Shown: one piece after another, positions 1 through 10,110 of the stretch
How positions within the stretch are numbered: position 1 is the first letter of the stretch
Layout of the letters: each line of letters opens with the position of its first letter
Source: an uncultured virus (IMG/VR IMGVR_UViG_3300035210_000191)
Taxonomy: Duplodnaviria > Heunggongvirae > Uroviricota > Caudoviricetes
DNA length: 64,000 bases
Reading direction: 5' to 3' (one strand)
IMG/VR virus record: IMGVR_UViG_3300035210_000191
Made by a program: the position numbers and the translations under genes
Notes under the pieces: model-generated
What the model was told of the DNA's origin: nothing
Database searches by the model: none
What the model saw: the letters and a program-made list of their open reading frames with translations, nothing else

Positions 1-207
1 GCTACTCAATATCGGTTTAATAATAAATCAATGTCTCCATTACAGGTTACCTATTATAACGATAAATTTCCGACGAGCTTTATTGAATTCCATGCTTTAA
101 AACGACTTTATCCTGATTTAGCTCGACTGGTTGGGTATGACCGCATTAATTTGAACAAAAGTCTGACACCCGAAGAAATAACGCTGCTTGAAATGATGAT
201 GTTTTAA
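1..207 (+). CDS. 3' end of partial ORF, member of the C-terminal MxxI-motif family
   Basis: Frame 1 open from the window start, ends ...LTPEEITLLEMMMF-stop (TAA 205-207). Confidence 0.7.
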   Translation, partial: ATQYRFNNKSMSPLQVTYYNDKFPTSFIEFHALKRLYPDLARLVGYDRINLNKSLTPEEITLLEMMMF

Positions 208-239
208 AAAACGAATTTCGTTATTCAATGTCATATTCG

Positions 240-268
240 TTGACCTAATCATCTTTTTTTGATATAAT
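240..268 (+). promoter_or_regulatory. sigma70-like promoter with extended -10
   Basis: TTGACC-17 nt-TATAAT with TG at the extended -10 position; AAGGAG RBS before ATG 294. Confidence 0.75.
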
Positions 269-293
269 ATTAAAATAAATTAAGGAGTTAAAC

Positions 294-1478
294 ATGTATC
301 CAGTTATCAAGCACGGCTCAGAAGATTCTTTGGACATTGATGCGTATATCATCATTCCAGAACCACTCACTATGCAAGAAGCAAAAAAACTTTGCGATTC
401 TTACAAAGAAGTGAACGGCAACCTTTTGAGCGTTAAAGACGGTGTGGTTAACTGGTGCTATAAAGGTACAGTGGATGAGTGTAACAACTCTATTCTGGCA
501 ACCTATGCTCTGCACAAACAAGCAGCAGCCAACCCGATTACTGCAGCTTTGCCGCGTTCTTATGCATTGAAAATGATTCGTACTGTTCGTGGATTGCTTT
601 CTTATCATTCTCGCACTGAAAAGCGTGAAGAAGTTAAAAAAGCATTACAATCTGCTGATATGTTGTTCAAGTTGGATGTGTTGACTGGCATTGATTTGCG
701 TGATGTGGCTGACTATCAAAAATCTTCGTTGGTTGAAACCTACAAGTTCTTTGCTTTTCAGTTGGGTCAAACTATGGCACTGTTGAAAGACAACGTAGAG
801 CTGTTTACTAAAAGCTCAGTGGCCGAATACTACCCAGAGTTGAGTGGTTACTTGCAGCGTAAAGAAGGCGAACCTGTAGACGCATTGCAAAAAATGTGGG
901 CTGATTTTGGCACTTACTTGAAAGAAACTGTTCGTAAAGTTGAAAAGCATGAATTATATGCCACTGATTATCAGGGTGTTCGTGAAGTGTTCGATTGTAA
1001 AAAAGAAATCATCTTGCCTCCAGTGGTTGTATTCGATATTGATGGCACTTTGCTGGATGAAAAACACCGTGCTCAATACCGTGATGTGAAAGATTGGGAT
1101 AACTATTTTGACTTGTGTCACTTGGATACCCCTATTCAACACATTATTGATTTGACCAAAGAGTATCGTGCTAAAGGTTTCGAAATTTGGTTGATGAGTG
1201 GGCGAGTGGATCGAATCATGGACAAAACAATTAAATCTATGGAAGATTATGGGGTTTGTTATGACCGTATCAAATTGCGTAGCCCTGAAAACCGTGTTCC
1301 AGATTTTGTTATCAAGCCTGCTTGGATTTCAAAATACATCGGACTGGAACGTGTTGTAGCTGTTTATGATGACACTGACCGTGTAATTGAAGGATTCCGT
1401 AAAAAAGGATTGAATGTTATTGATGTCAAGTTGATGGCGGCTCCTGTTCAAGCAAAGAAGCCAAAATTAAAGCCTTGA
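294..1478 (+). CDS. Fusion: N-terminal nucleotidyltransferase-like region plus C-terminal HAD-family phosphatase (T4 PNK 3'-phosphatase-like)
   Basis: N-terminal HGSEDSLDIDAY (GS...DxD); C-terminal HAD motifs VVFDIDGTL, LMSGR, K, VYDD. Confidence 0.7.
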   Translation: MYPVIKHGSEDSLDIDAYIIIPEPLTMQEAKKLCDSYKEVNGNLLSVKDGVVNWCYKGTVDECNNSILATYALHKQAAANPITAALPRSYALKMIRTVRGLLSYHSRTEKREEVKKALQSADMLFKLDVLTGIDLRDVADYQKSSLVETYKFFAFQLGQTMALLKDNVELFTKSSVAEYYPELSGYLQRKEGEPVDALQKMWADFGTYLKETVRKVEKHELYATDYQGVREVFDCKKEIILPPVVVFDIDGTLLDEKHRAQYRDVKDWDNYFDLCHLDTPIQHIIDLTKEYRAKGFEIWLMSGRVDRIMDKTIKSMEDYGVCYDRIKLRSPENRVPDFVIKPAWISKYIGLERVVAVYDDTDRVIEGFRKKGLNVIDVKLMAAPVQAKKPKLKP

Positions 1479-1573
1479 TGTTCAATTGAAATGTTTAATA
1501 TATTAAGCCATCTATAGTGATATAGTTGGCTTTTTTTTTCTAATTGTGATAAAATATTGATGTTATTTTATAA

Positions 1574-2632
1574 GTGGAGAAATTCAAAGTGACACAACCT
1601 TATGATTTACTTTTATCAGAGATAAAATCCTTTTATGATTTAGACAATTGCTCTGTCATTCAAGGCAGTCGATCAAATGTTTATTTACTGGATAGAAGTC
1701 CACGAGATTATCAATTTATGGTGAATCTCTTCAAACCTGAGACTGCCAATTATAATATTTCAAAAATAAAACAAATGTCATCGTTATATGATTTACTTCA
1801 TCATGTTGACACAGAATATTCAACCATCAGTAATAAACAGTTAAGAATTGAGATTTATGATGTTTCTGACACCAATGACAGAGGTCTTGTGCAAGTTTCT
1901 TTTGGAAATGTTCTTTATTTTTCAATAGAAAAAAAAGCAAAAACGACACCTGAAGATATTTATTTTAGTTCACTATTTTTGAAGGATAGCTCACGTATTG
2001 ATAACAAAAAATTTGAAGCCCATTATTCTGAATTATTAGAAAAACTTGCTCTATTTATTGATAAAGATATGACCATGCAGGAATTTAATGATCGAGATAA
2101 AAAAACACTGGATGAGATACGAACCGAGAATTTGAGTAATAAAGACCTTATTTATTGCAGTAAAGCGGATTGTGCTACCTATTTCCATAGTTTTTCACGA
2201 CCCCCAGAAGATTTTTTTGTTCCGTTAACAAGAGCATTTAGTAAAAATCTTATGCAACAAGTTAAAACGATTGAAGCTTTGCTTCGTTTTGAATCGAATC
2301 TTAAACATAATCGATCTGTTTATGAGTTGGTATTTAACACTAATCTCTCTAATTATAAATTTATACTTCCAAATCTCTTGTATTCTATAGTTTTTGAATA
2401 TGAACAGGATTTAAATTTAAGTGTTACACTTTACTTTCAATTTAAAACAGATGTGCTTCGTTATCTTGAAATTGATCATCATACACACGAGAAGGTTGAT
2501 ATATTGGGTTATGAAGCGATCTACAATTATATTTCAAATCGTATTAAAACATTTATTACTGCCAATCTTGGAGTGTCACAGGAAGAGATCACAAACGAAT
2601 CAATTTTGCTTTATAGAATGATGGCAATATGA
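1574..2632 (+). CDS. Hypothetical protein, MxxI C-terminal family
   Basis: 352 aa ORF ending EEITNESILLYRMMAI. Confidence 0.75.
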   Translation: MEKFKVTQPYDLLLSEIKSFYDLDNCSVIQGSRSNVYLLDRSPRDYQFMVNLFKPETANYNISKIKQMSSLYDLLHHVDTEYSTISNKQLRIEIYDVSDTNDRGLVQVSFGNVLYFSIEKKAKTTPEDIYFSSLFLKDSSRIDNKKFEAHYSELLEKLALFIDKDMTMQEFNDRDKKTLDEIRTENLSNKDLIYCSKADCATYFHSFSRPPEDFFVPLTRAFSKNLMQQVKTIEALLRFESNLKHNRSVYELVFNTNLSNYKFILPNLLYSIVFEYEQDLNLSVTLYFQFKTDVLRYLEIDHHTHEKVDILGYEAIYNYISNRIKTFITANLGVSQEEITNESILLYRMMAI

Positions 2633-2637
2633 TTAAC

Positions 2638-2663
2638 AAAAAAAGACCTTCTCAGGTCTTTTT
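2638..2663. terminator. Bidirectional intrinsic terminator
   Basis: A-tract-AGACCT-loop-AGGTCT-T-tract between convergent genes. Confidence 0.75.
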
Positions 2664-2677
2664 GTTTATTTCAATTA

Positions 2678-3514
2678 TTACTTTTTGGCGGGTGTTTCTG
2701 CAATAACTTCACCATCCCCAATTCTAACTCTTAACTGATTGATAATATCTTGCAGTTGTTCTTTACTGGCTGCTTGCATTAAGACCAGTGTATTGTCGTC
2801 ATTTTGATTGCTGGTTGGCATAAAGATAAAGGCTGGTGTTCCATGAATCCCAATTTTTTTAGCCAATTCCATATTTTTATCAATTTTATCTTTGTATTCA
2901 TTAGGTTTTAATTTTGGATTTACACCAACAAGTTTTGCGGCCTTTTCAACATCAGCCACTGTTAACTCACCTTCAAAATGTTTTGTTTCATAAATAGCAT
3001 CATGGTATTTAAGGTAGGCTTCATTACCTTTTTCTTGTAATACTTTGTTGGCTAATTGTGCAGCTAATTTAGAGGTTGGGAAGCTATCTTCAAAAATAGG
3101 CATCTCTTTAAACACAAATTTTATATCAGGGTTGTTTTTCATAATCACTTTTAATTCTGGTGCAACTCTGGAACAATATATGCAGTTATAGTCAAAAAAT
3201 TCAATGACAGCAATTTTTGCATTTTCAGGCCCGATAAATGGGGTGTCTTTATCGTTTAATATTTGGTCTTGTAATTCAATAGCTATTTGTGCGGCATCTT
3301 TTAATTGAGACGCCTGTGCCTGTTCTTGTTTTGCTTTTAAACCATTTGACATCTCAATTAATACTTCTGGGTTTGCTACCATGTAATCTCTGGCTATTTT
3401 ACCTATTTCTTCTTTGTCTTGTGCGGTTAATTTTGAGAAGTCGATTGATTCTGCCTGTGCGTTAAATGTTAAGGCACCTAATAATGCGATACCTAATACT
3501 AATTTCTTTTTCAT
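2678..3514 (-). CDS. Secreted DsbA-family thiol:disulfide oxidoreductase (Com1/ScsC-like)
   Basis: Signal peptide MKKKLVLGIALLGALTFNAQA; EFFDYNCIYC (CxxC); GIHGTPAF cis-Pro motif; N-terminal NPEVL helix. Confidence 0.9.
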   Translation of the reverse strand: MKKKLVLGIALLGALTFNAQAESIDFSKLTAQDKEEIGKIARDYMVANPEVLIEMSNGLKAKQEQAQASQLKDAAQIAIELQDQILNDKDTPFIGPENAKIAVIEFFDYNCIYCSRVAPELKVIMKNNPDIKFVFKEMPIFEDSFPTSKLAAQLANKVLQEKGNEAYLKYHDAIYETKHFEGELTVADVEKAAKLVGVNPKLKPNEYKDKIDKNMELAKKIGIHGTPAFIFMPTSNQNDDNTLVLMQAASKEQLQDIINQLRVRIGDGEVIAETPAKK

Positions 3515-3592
3515 TGATAAACCCCTGATGTTAATTCGTATTACTATAACACCAAGTAGTTTTTTATCAAGGATATCACTTAAAAATAATAT

Positions 3593-4384
3593 TTAACATT
3601 TTAATTTTTCGAGCAGTAATTCCATTTCAGTGACTATCTTAGCCACATCAGACTTATACAAACCAGCCGAACTGATGTTATTCACTTCAATAATTTTTGG
3701 ACCTTTATCAGTTAAAGCAATGTCTATAACAAACGCTTGGCTTGGCGTCCATAAATCAACCATTTCCTGTGCAAATATTAAGGCTTCTTTGTCAATAGCA
3801 TCCGAAGTGATGAGTTGTCCACGTATTTTGTATAAGCTGCCTGTCACTATCTTTCCATCAATAACAAAGAATCGGTATTCAGCCAATATGGTTTTCTTTT
3901 CAGAGATGATTAAGAACTTATCTTTATGAGCATCAGTTATTTTAGTTGAAAGTGCCATTAACAAGTCTTCTTTCTTAAATAATCCACCTGTGATTAATTT
4001 ATCATCTTCCAAGGGGCGAGCAAAAACAGAATCCCAATCTTCTGGTATTTTTATGTCAGTTACCTTTTGTTTAAGGTATTCACCGTTTAACATGTGCTCT
4101 TTTGTCCAGTTTTGTGTCCAACTGGCATAGTTGAAGTTGTCATTTGAAAATGAACCGGGTGAAAACCCTTTCTCAGTCGCCATTCTGGATAGTCGATAAG
4201 ACCCTAACACGAATATGTTCTTTGTGTCCATAGGGTCAAATTTATCAAAAGTGTCTTTAAAATACATATTTTCATCATTTTTGTAAATATCAATTTCGAC
4301 CAATTCAATATTGTTAGATTTCAAGATATTTTTTATATTATCAATACCAACTTCAAAGTTTAAATTGTTTTGTATAACCCACAT
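3593..4384 (-). CDS. ATP-grasp domain protein (DUF4343/R2K-like)
   Basis: FARP, EYRFFVIDGKIVTGSLY, AFVIDIA...KIIEVN motifs. Confidence 0.8.
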   Translation of the reverse strand: MWVIQNNLNFEVGIDNIKNILKSNNIELVEIDIYKNDENMYFKDTFDKFDPMDTKNIFVLGSYRLSRMATEKGFSPGSFSNDNFNYASWTQNWTKEHMLNGEYLKQKVTDIKIPEDWDSVFARPLEDDKLITGGLFKKEDLLMALSTKITDAHKDKFLIISEKKTILAEYRFFVIDGKIVTGSLYKIRGQLITSDAIDKEALIFAQEMVDLWTPSQAFVIDIALTDKGPKIIEVNNISSAGLYKSDVAKIVTEMELLLEKLKC

Positions 4385-4485
4385 TTTAGCACCTCACGCA
4401 ATCTTCAAATTATACATTAAATTATTTTTTATTCAATTATTATTTTTACTATTGACTTTTATTTTATTATATCTATATTGATATT

Positions 4486-4618
4486 AGTGGTATACAAAAA
4501 AAAGCATAGTGGCAGTTTCTCATATCGACTGAATCCGCGAACTTATACCACATTACAGAAAAATTCATTTGAACATTGTTCAAATTGGAAACTATCCCCA
4601 CCACTTGGTGGGTTTTTT
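4486..4618 (+). ncRNA. Candidate small structured RNA (~130 nt)
   Basis: TTGACT/TATATT promoter-like element upstream; GTGGTATA...TATACCAC stem; TTTGAACA/TGTTCAAA hairpin; CCCACC-ACTT-GGTGGG-T6 terminator; no annotated ORF. Confidence 0.45.
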
Positions 4619-5088
4619 ACATCTACACTTTCTCATAAAAAAAATCAATCTTAATTATATTAGTTCGGAAAAATGACGCATCTTTGTATTATAGTAATAA
4701 CAGAACTTTAAAAATGTACATTAAATCACATTTTTTGAAATTTTAGTCTTATTTTTTGCCTTCATTTAGAAAATGGCTATTTATAATTTAACGGAAATTT
4801 GTACATCAATCGCCTGAATAACGTGTATTTACAGGTTACAGTTTTTAAATAATTATATCAAAATCTATATATAAATTTAAAGGTAACTTTAGTAAAAAAC
4901 CTCTATTAAAAGGGGGTTTTCTATAGCGATCATTCACCTTAACTTTTCAATATTACATGATGTTGACATATATCAAATAAGCATGCTTTTTATATGGTTT
5001 TTCCTTTTTAATGTACATTTTAAAGTCTAGAAGTGGGTACCATTTTTAATGTGTTTATGTTATAATAGCTATAAATATGGAGTACATC

Positions 5089-5535
5089 ATGACGACCAAT
5101 ACTGAAAGCCTAGTCTTTGAAAAAAAATTGAAATATATCTCTGATGTGCTTGGATATCTTGCTGCTGGTCTTTATTCAGGTTCAGCTTTTTTATATTTTT
5201 TTAATGATTCCCATTTGGCTCGTTGTGTTTACCTTATTATGACTGTTTATTTTGTGGTAATGTCTTCTTTGATGATTTATCGTATGGCGACCATCGACAG
5301 TGCCTCAGAACGAGTAAAATATGCACTATTGTCTTCAATTCCAGAAGCGTTGACTATTAATTTTAGCTTTTTGTTCTACCATTGGTTATTGATTATTGGT
5401 CTAGTGCTTCCATTTGTCATGCCACAAGCTGGTTCATTATCACAAACATTTGCTGTCATTGTTGGTTTGCTTGAAGTCATCATGTTAGCCACAGCAAAAA
5501 CACTTCAAAAAAAGATAAAAAAAGAGCAACCTTAG
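5089..5535 (+). CDS. Hypothetical membrane protein (about 4 TM)
   Basis: Hydrophobic stretches; GGAG RBS before ATG 5089. Confidence 0.7.
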   Translation: MTTNTESLVFEKKLKYISDVLGYLAAGLYSGSAFLYFFNDSHLARCVYLIMTVYFVVMSSLMIYRMATIDSASERVKYALLSSIPEALTINFSFLFYHWLLIIGLVLPFVMPQAGSLSQTFAVIVGLLEVIMLATAKTLQKKIKKEQP

Positions 5536-5548
5536 TTGCTCTTATCTT

Positions 5549-6664
5549 TTAATACTCTCTTGGTTTTGGTTCTTCATCCAGTAGACAACCACGTAAACGA
5601 CGATCTTTTACAGGATCTTCATCTATCACACCAATCATAATATTGCTTTTATCCACTAGACTGGTGATGTATTCCCACTCTTGCCCTTCTCGTTCAAAGT
5701 GTTGACCAATAGAACTGAATGCACCATCAGCAACTTTAACTTCCATTCTTTTTTCACCATGTTCGTCAAGATCTTCTTCATCATCGTCATTGTTGACAAG
5801 TTCGCCATCCGAAGCAACCACTTTTAGTTTTGGTTTTGCGTCTTCGATTTCTTGGGCTTGCTTATCATCTTCACGTTGAGCATCAAGTTCATCTATTGAA
5901 GCAAGAAGCATTTCTTTTTGAATGGCTGCACTTTGTGGAGAATAGCTCCATAGTCCATCACTGAACACAGCTTGCATGATTTCAAGAAGCGTTACACTGT
6001 CTTCTTTTGAACTTTCAACATAGTTAATATAATCGTAATGATTAACGCCAACAGTTTCTTTATTGATAACTAAACCTTTATCTTCGGCATTGCGGCTTTC
6101 GAACTCGATGAGTACAATGGATCTGTTAAGAATAAGTGGGACGTTCTTAAGTTCATCAATGCTAGTCATAGACATTGAGTAATTACTTGGATCGCCATCT
6201 TTATAGCCATTAATATCAAAAGATGATTCTAATTCGAAGAAATTAAGATACTCAGGTTCTTTTGGGGTGTTAAGCCACTCAATAAAGTCCATACCTTCTG
6301 GCATTTTACCATAATCAACTTCACGACTCACTGATATGTTACGTCTAACTTCGATTCGATCAAAAGCGTTTTTGGCGGCAGATGGTTTACGAGCTTCTTT
6401 AATATACGCTTCTACGTTCATATCGAGAATATCACCAGCCGCTTCTGCCCAAGGCTCTAAGCAAATCATGAATGAACCCAACGTTGTGCCTTTTTCAAGT
6501 AGAATGACTTTCTTCACATTCTGGATAAAGAACTTATACCCATCAAGTCCTAGTGCTTTTTGAATAGCGAGCATAGGCACAAGACGTTTGTGGTCAACGT
6601 CTGATTGAAACCTTAGTATTCCATCTTTACAAAAAACTATTTTTCCATCCATAATAAGCCTCAT
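5549..6664 (-). CDS. Hypothetical protein with acidic C-terminal region
   Basis: 371 aa ORF; no recognised motif. Confidence 0.75.
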   Translation of the reverse strand: MRLIMDGKIVFCKDGILRFQSDVDHKRLVPMLAIQKALGLDGYKFFIQNVKKVILLEKGTTLGSFMICLEPWAEAAGDILDMNVEAYIKEARKPSAAKNAFDRIEVRRNISVSREVDYGKMPEGMDFIEWLNTPKEPEYLNFFELESSFDINGYKDGDPSNYSMSMTSIDELKNVPLILNRSIVLIEFESRNAEDKGLVINKETVGVNHYDYINYVESSKEDSVTLLEIMQAVFSDGLWSYSPQSAAIQKEMLLASIDELDAQREDDKQAQEIEDAKPKLKVVASDGELVNNDDDEEDLDEHGEKRMEVKVADGAFSSIGQHFEREGQEWEYITSLVDKSNIMIGVIDEDPVKDRRLRGCLLDEEPKPREY

Positions 6665-6791
6665 AATTAAGGTTTATAAAATACAACATTCTTCAAAAAT
6701 AGTCAATCTTTTTTAAAAAACTCTTTAAATCTAGATTGTCTTGTGTTATTATAGTGTCTACATATTAATAACCAGATGGAGTTTTAAAATT

Positions 6792-6956
6792 ATGAACAAA
6801 TCATTGATGGCTGATATTGCCGAATCTTCTGTGACCGAAGCAGAAATTGAAGATCTTGATTATGATGTCAAGGAAGCTACTTTGCCGCGTGATGGCTGGG
6901 TAGAGCTTGAAGTGCCCTGCTCAGGTGCATTAAAGCATCCTACTGATGTTGCCTAA
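6792..6956 (+). CDS. Small acidic hypothetical protein (54 aa)
   Basis: GGAG RBS then MNKSLMADIAES...; TGTTATTAT -10-like element upstream. Confidence 0.55.
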   Translation: MNKSLMADIAESSVTEAEIEDLDYDVKEATLPRDGWVELEVPCSGALKHPTDVA

Positions 6957-6960
6957 TTAG

Positions 6961-7632
6961 GTGTTTCCTATTGTGAATGAGAACCATTTGCCCAATAATA
7001 TGATTACAGATCATAGGGCATTTGTTCCATCATTGGATTCTTTATTGAGTGCTGATAGGTTGTTGTCTAATAATCTTTATTTTTCTATGGATAAAGAAAC
7101 ATTTTGCCCATTCATGGAAATGCATGGATATCAGGTAGATAAGACAGTTATGCCAGCAAAAAGCACCACATTAAAATTCACCAACAAAACGACAACTATC
7201 CTTTTTCAAAAGGTGACCATAGACAATAAACGTCTTTTTACTGTTTTAATGATCTCTTACAAAGAGGGCGATGTTCGATCCATCGTCTTTAATTATGACG
7301 GAAGTTTTTATGAGATTACTTATAGAAGTGATAAAGATTTTCATATAGTTAAGAAAACCTCATTATCTCGTTATAATGATGGCACCATTTATTATCAGTT
7401 TTTTGTTCATAATAGTCTTCACTCAAAATGCTATTTATCTTCTTTTTGTTTAAATAAAGGCGTTATTAAAGACGTTTTATACTTTATAAATAACAAATGC
7501 TATCCATTGAACAAACTGTTAAATGCATTAGGTAGACCAGAAATAGATGTCAGTGCTGAAAGCGATTATTTGAAATTAGTTAATTTATTTACTGATGATG
7601 ACGCGATTCTTATCGAAATGGCTATGTGTTAA
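6961..7632 (+). CDS. Hypothetical protein, MxxI C-terminal family
   Basis: Ends LFTDDDAILIEMAMC. Confidence 0.75.
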   Translation: MFPIVNENHLPNNMITDHRAFVPSLDSLLSADRLLSNNLYFSMDKETFCPFMEMHGYQVDKTVMPAKSTTLKFTNKTTTILFQKVTIDNKRLFTVLMISYKEGDVRSIVFNYDGSFYEITYRSDKDFHIVKKTSLSRYNDGTIYYQFFVHNSLHSKCYLSSFCLNKGVIKDVLYFINNKCYPLNKLLNALGRPEIDVSAESDYLKLVNLFTDDDAILIEMAMC

Positions 7633-7654
7633 TATTGCCAAACAGGAGAAATTT

Positions 7655-8464
7655 ATGAAATTGGAACCATTATTTAAACCAGAAGACTATGTTAAAAAAC
7701 CTTTGACAGAGTATGTTATTACACCTGAGATTGCAGAGACATTAAATGAAGTAATGTTTCTTGATATGTTGAAAACAGATTATTTTTTTATGCTCTTTCT
7801 TTTGCCGCTTGGCGATATTGATTCATTTCTTAATAAGTTAGGTTTTAAACGACAAGAAAGATCTGTTTATAAGAATAGTTTAGGTTATCACTTAACTCTA
7901 TCTGTCCGTACATCACCTAAACATAAACAGGGTTATTATTTATCAACCCTTAACTACCCTGATAATGTTAAAAGAATTTCTTTTGAATTTGAGCATATGT
8001 ATAGAATTGACATCTATTACAAGAGTCAAGATGAGCGTTATTCTGAGGGTACATACCCGGTAGACTTTAACTATGTCATAAAACTCGATAAAGAAACTTA
8101 TAATATCATAAGCATTCATCATTCATGCGATCTATTTAATTTAAATCATGTTGAATTGCATACATCTAACTCGCTTAAAACATTTGCACATAAGCTTGAC
8201 TATAATATTCATCGTATTGAAGAAGAACCATTATCAAGTATTACTATTGATGAACAGTTATTCAACAATGTCTCACTATTTGATGTTGTTTATATTATTA
8301 CTTCTGAAACAGATCGTATTCGATCTTTTACCTTATCTGATATTGTTCAAACATGTGGGTTTAGCTTTGATAGGATGATTGGTAATAATATGGAGCACTT
8401 CATGAACATTGAGAACATCTTTGATGAAGATGAACTGAAAGTCATTGAAATGGTTTATATCTAA
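7655..8464 (+). CDS. Hypothetical protein, MxxI family (subfamily A)
   Basis: AGGAG RBS before ATG 7655; ends IFDEDELKVIEMVYI; similar to 9327 and 10111. Confidence 0.8.
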   Translation: MKLEPLFKPEDYVKKPLTEYVITPEIAETLNEVMFLDMLKTDYFFMLFLLPLGDIDSFLNKLGFKRQERSVYKNSLGYHLTLSVRTSPKHKQGYYLSTLNYPDNVKRISFEFEHMYRIDIYYKSQDERYSEGTYPVDFNYVIKLDKETYNIISIHHSCDLFNLNHVELHTSNSLKTFAHKLDYNIHRIEEEPLSSITIDEQLFNNVSLFDVVYIITSETDRIRSFTLSDIVQTCGFSFDRMIGNNMEHFMNIENIFDEDELKVIEMVYI

Positions 8465-8465
8465 T

Positions 8466-9233
8466 CTAGTATCCAAATAAGTTGTCTATCTTTTTGGCAA
8501 GATTTAATCTCATTTTTATGTTTTCATTGTATTCGCTTTTCATGAGTTCTTCTATTGAAAAATCATAAGCCTTTTCACGATCATTAAAGATATGATAACC
8601 TTCTGCTGGTGAGTAGTAGTTGTCTGTAAATTTTAGATTTATCAGTTCTATATTGTCTACATTAAACGCTCTTATGTTAGTTTTTATGCTAATGTTGTTT
8701 TCACTATCGAAAAAAGGCGTCAAGGATTCTATATAAACAGTTTCAAGATTGATTTTCGCTTTATTTCTTAAATCAACAATGTGGATGTAATCATGCACCT
8801 TCATTTCAGATTCATGTATATTCACCATCTTAGTTGTATCATAAATATAAATATCTTTTTTAAAGTAATCGTAGACTTTATTTAACTCTTGTATTCTGTC
8901 TTGATGGTATTTAATTTTATCTTTTTTATCTTTATTTATAAGTGTTGATAAGAAACCTTTGCTCAATTGAGCTATTTCTTCACTGTGATAATCGACTAAA
9001 TTTTTGTGATCCTCTTTGATTAACGAATCAAATTCAGAAATAATATCATTTATTAACCAAAATGAATTTTTATTGCTAGATTGATGGCGTCCAAACTTTT
9101 TCTCAATTTCAAAGATAATACCTTTTTCTATGCTGGCATGATATTTCACAACATAATGAGAGCCATAGGCTTCAAACACGTCTGATAATTTAACTTTTTT
9201 CATATTCATGGGCGGTATCCTTTTCTTAGGCAT
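8466..9233 (-). CDS. Hypothetical protein
   Basis: 255 aa ORF. Confidence 0.7.
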   Translation of the reverse strand: MPKKRIPPMNMKKVKLSDVFEAYGSHYVVKYHASIEKGIIFEIEKKFGRHQSSNKNSFWLINDIISEFDSLIKEDHKNLVDYHSEEIAQLSKGFLSTLINKDKKDKIKYHQDRIQELNKVYDYFKKDIYIYDTTKMVNIHESEMKVHDYIHIVDLRNKAKINLETVYIESLTPFFDSENNISIKTNIRAFNVDNIELINLKFTDNYYSPAEGYHIFNDREKAYDFSIEELMKSEYNENIKMRLNLAKKIDNLFGY

Positions 9234-9326
9234 AGGATAACAAATTAAAAAATAAAATCAACATTTCAATTGATTTATTAAGTAAAATAGTATAATATGG
9301 AGTGAATTATTGGGTGACCATTTTCT

Positions 9327-10097
9327 ATGAATACGATAAAACCTACCAGCCTAGAAGCAGAAATTGAATATCGTTATTTGGAAACACATGTTATTAATGA
9401 AAATAATATGCATGAATACAAAGATAATTTCATTGATATGTTGAAAGATTTTTCTCATATTATAAAATTTGAGTTTAAACGAGCACAATTGAATGACTTT
9501 TTATCATTATTCGGATTTTCGTCTGCAAAAGATACTTTGTCTTTTGACGATGAGCAAGGGTGTAAGATAGCTTTAACTATTCTCGTTGAGGATGAGGTTG
9601 TACAAGACCTCTATGTTTTACAATGGGTTGAATTTACTAAGAATGATCGTTATGAACACAGTTATTTTACATCTTACAATCTACAAGGTGTTGCTGTTTC
9701 TCGGACCTTTAAGTCAGCAAACAAAATATTGAAAGGACTCACCCTTAAAACTATTCATTATATCATAGACCGTGAGACTCTTAAAATTGAGCAAATTGGT
9801 TATTGTTTTAACGATAATAGAAAGCTACAAAAAGGGATTAATGGCTATGTAACAATGATCGTTGAACATCCATTAAAAAGAATTGTTGAACACACTCATT
9901 CATTTGATCATGTAAATATTTATGATGTTTACTATACTGTACATGGGAAATCTAAGGAAATACGACTAATTGATATATTAACCCAGTGTGATTTTAGTTG
10001 TGCTAAAATGTATGGCACCGATTATACTGATTTTCTTAATATGTCTAAAATGTTTACTAAAAGAGAGCGGGACATCATTGAGATGATGTATATCTGA
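9327..10097 (+). CDS. Hypothetical protein, MxxI family (subfamily A)
   Basis: Ends MFTKRERDIIEMMYI; shares LQKGING and VNIYDV with 10111. Confidence 0.8.
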   Translation: MNTIKPTSLEAEIEYRYLETHVINENNMHEYKDNFIDMLKDFSHIIKFEFKRAQLNDFLSLFGFSSAKDTLSFDDEQGCKIALTILVEDEVVQDLYVLQWVEFTKNDRYEHSYFTSYNLQGVAVSRTFKSANKILKGLTLKTIHYIIDRETLKIEQIGYCFNDNRKLQKGINGYVTMIVEHPLKRIVEHTHSFDHVNIYDVYYTVHGKSKEIRLIDILTQCDFSCAKMYGTDYTDFLNMSKMFTKRERDIIEMMYI

Positions 10098-10110
10098 ATA
10101 CGATTAAGGG

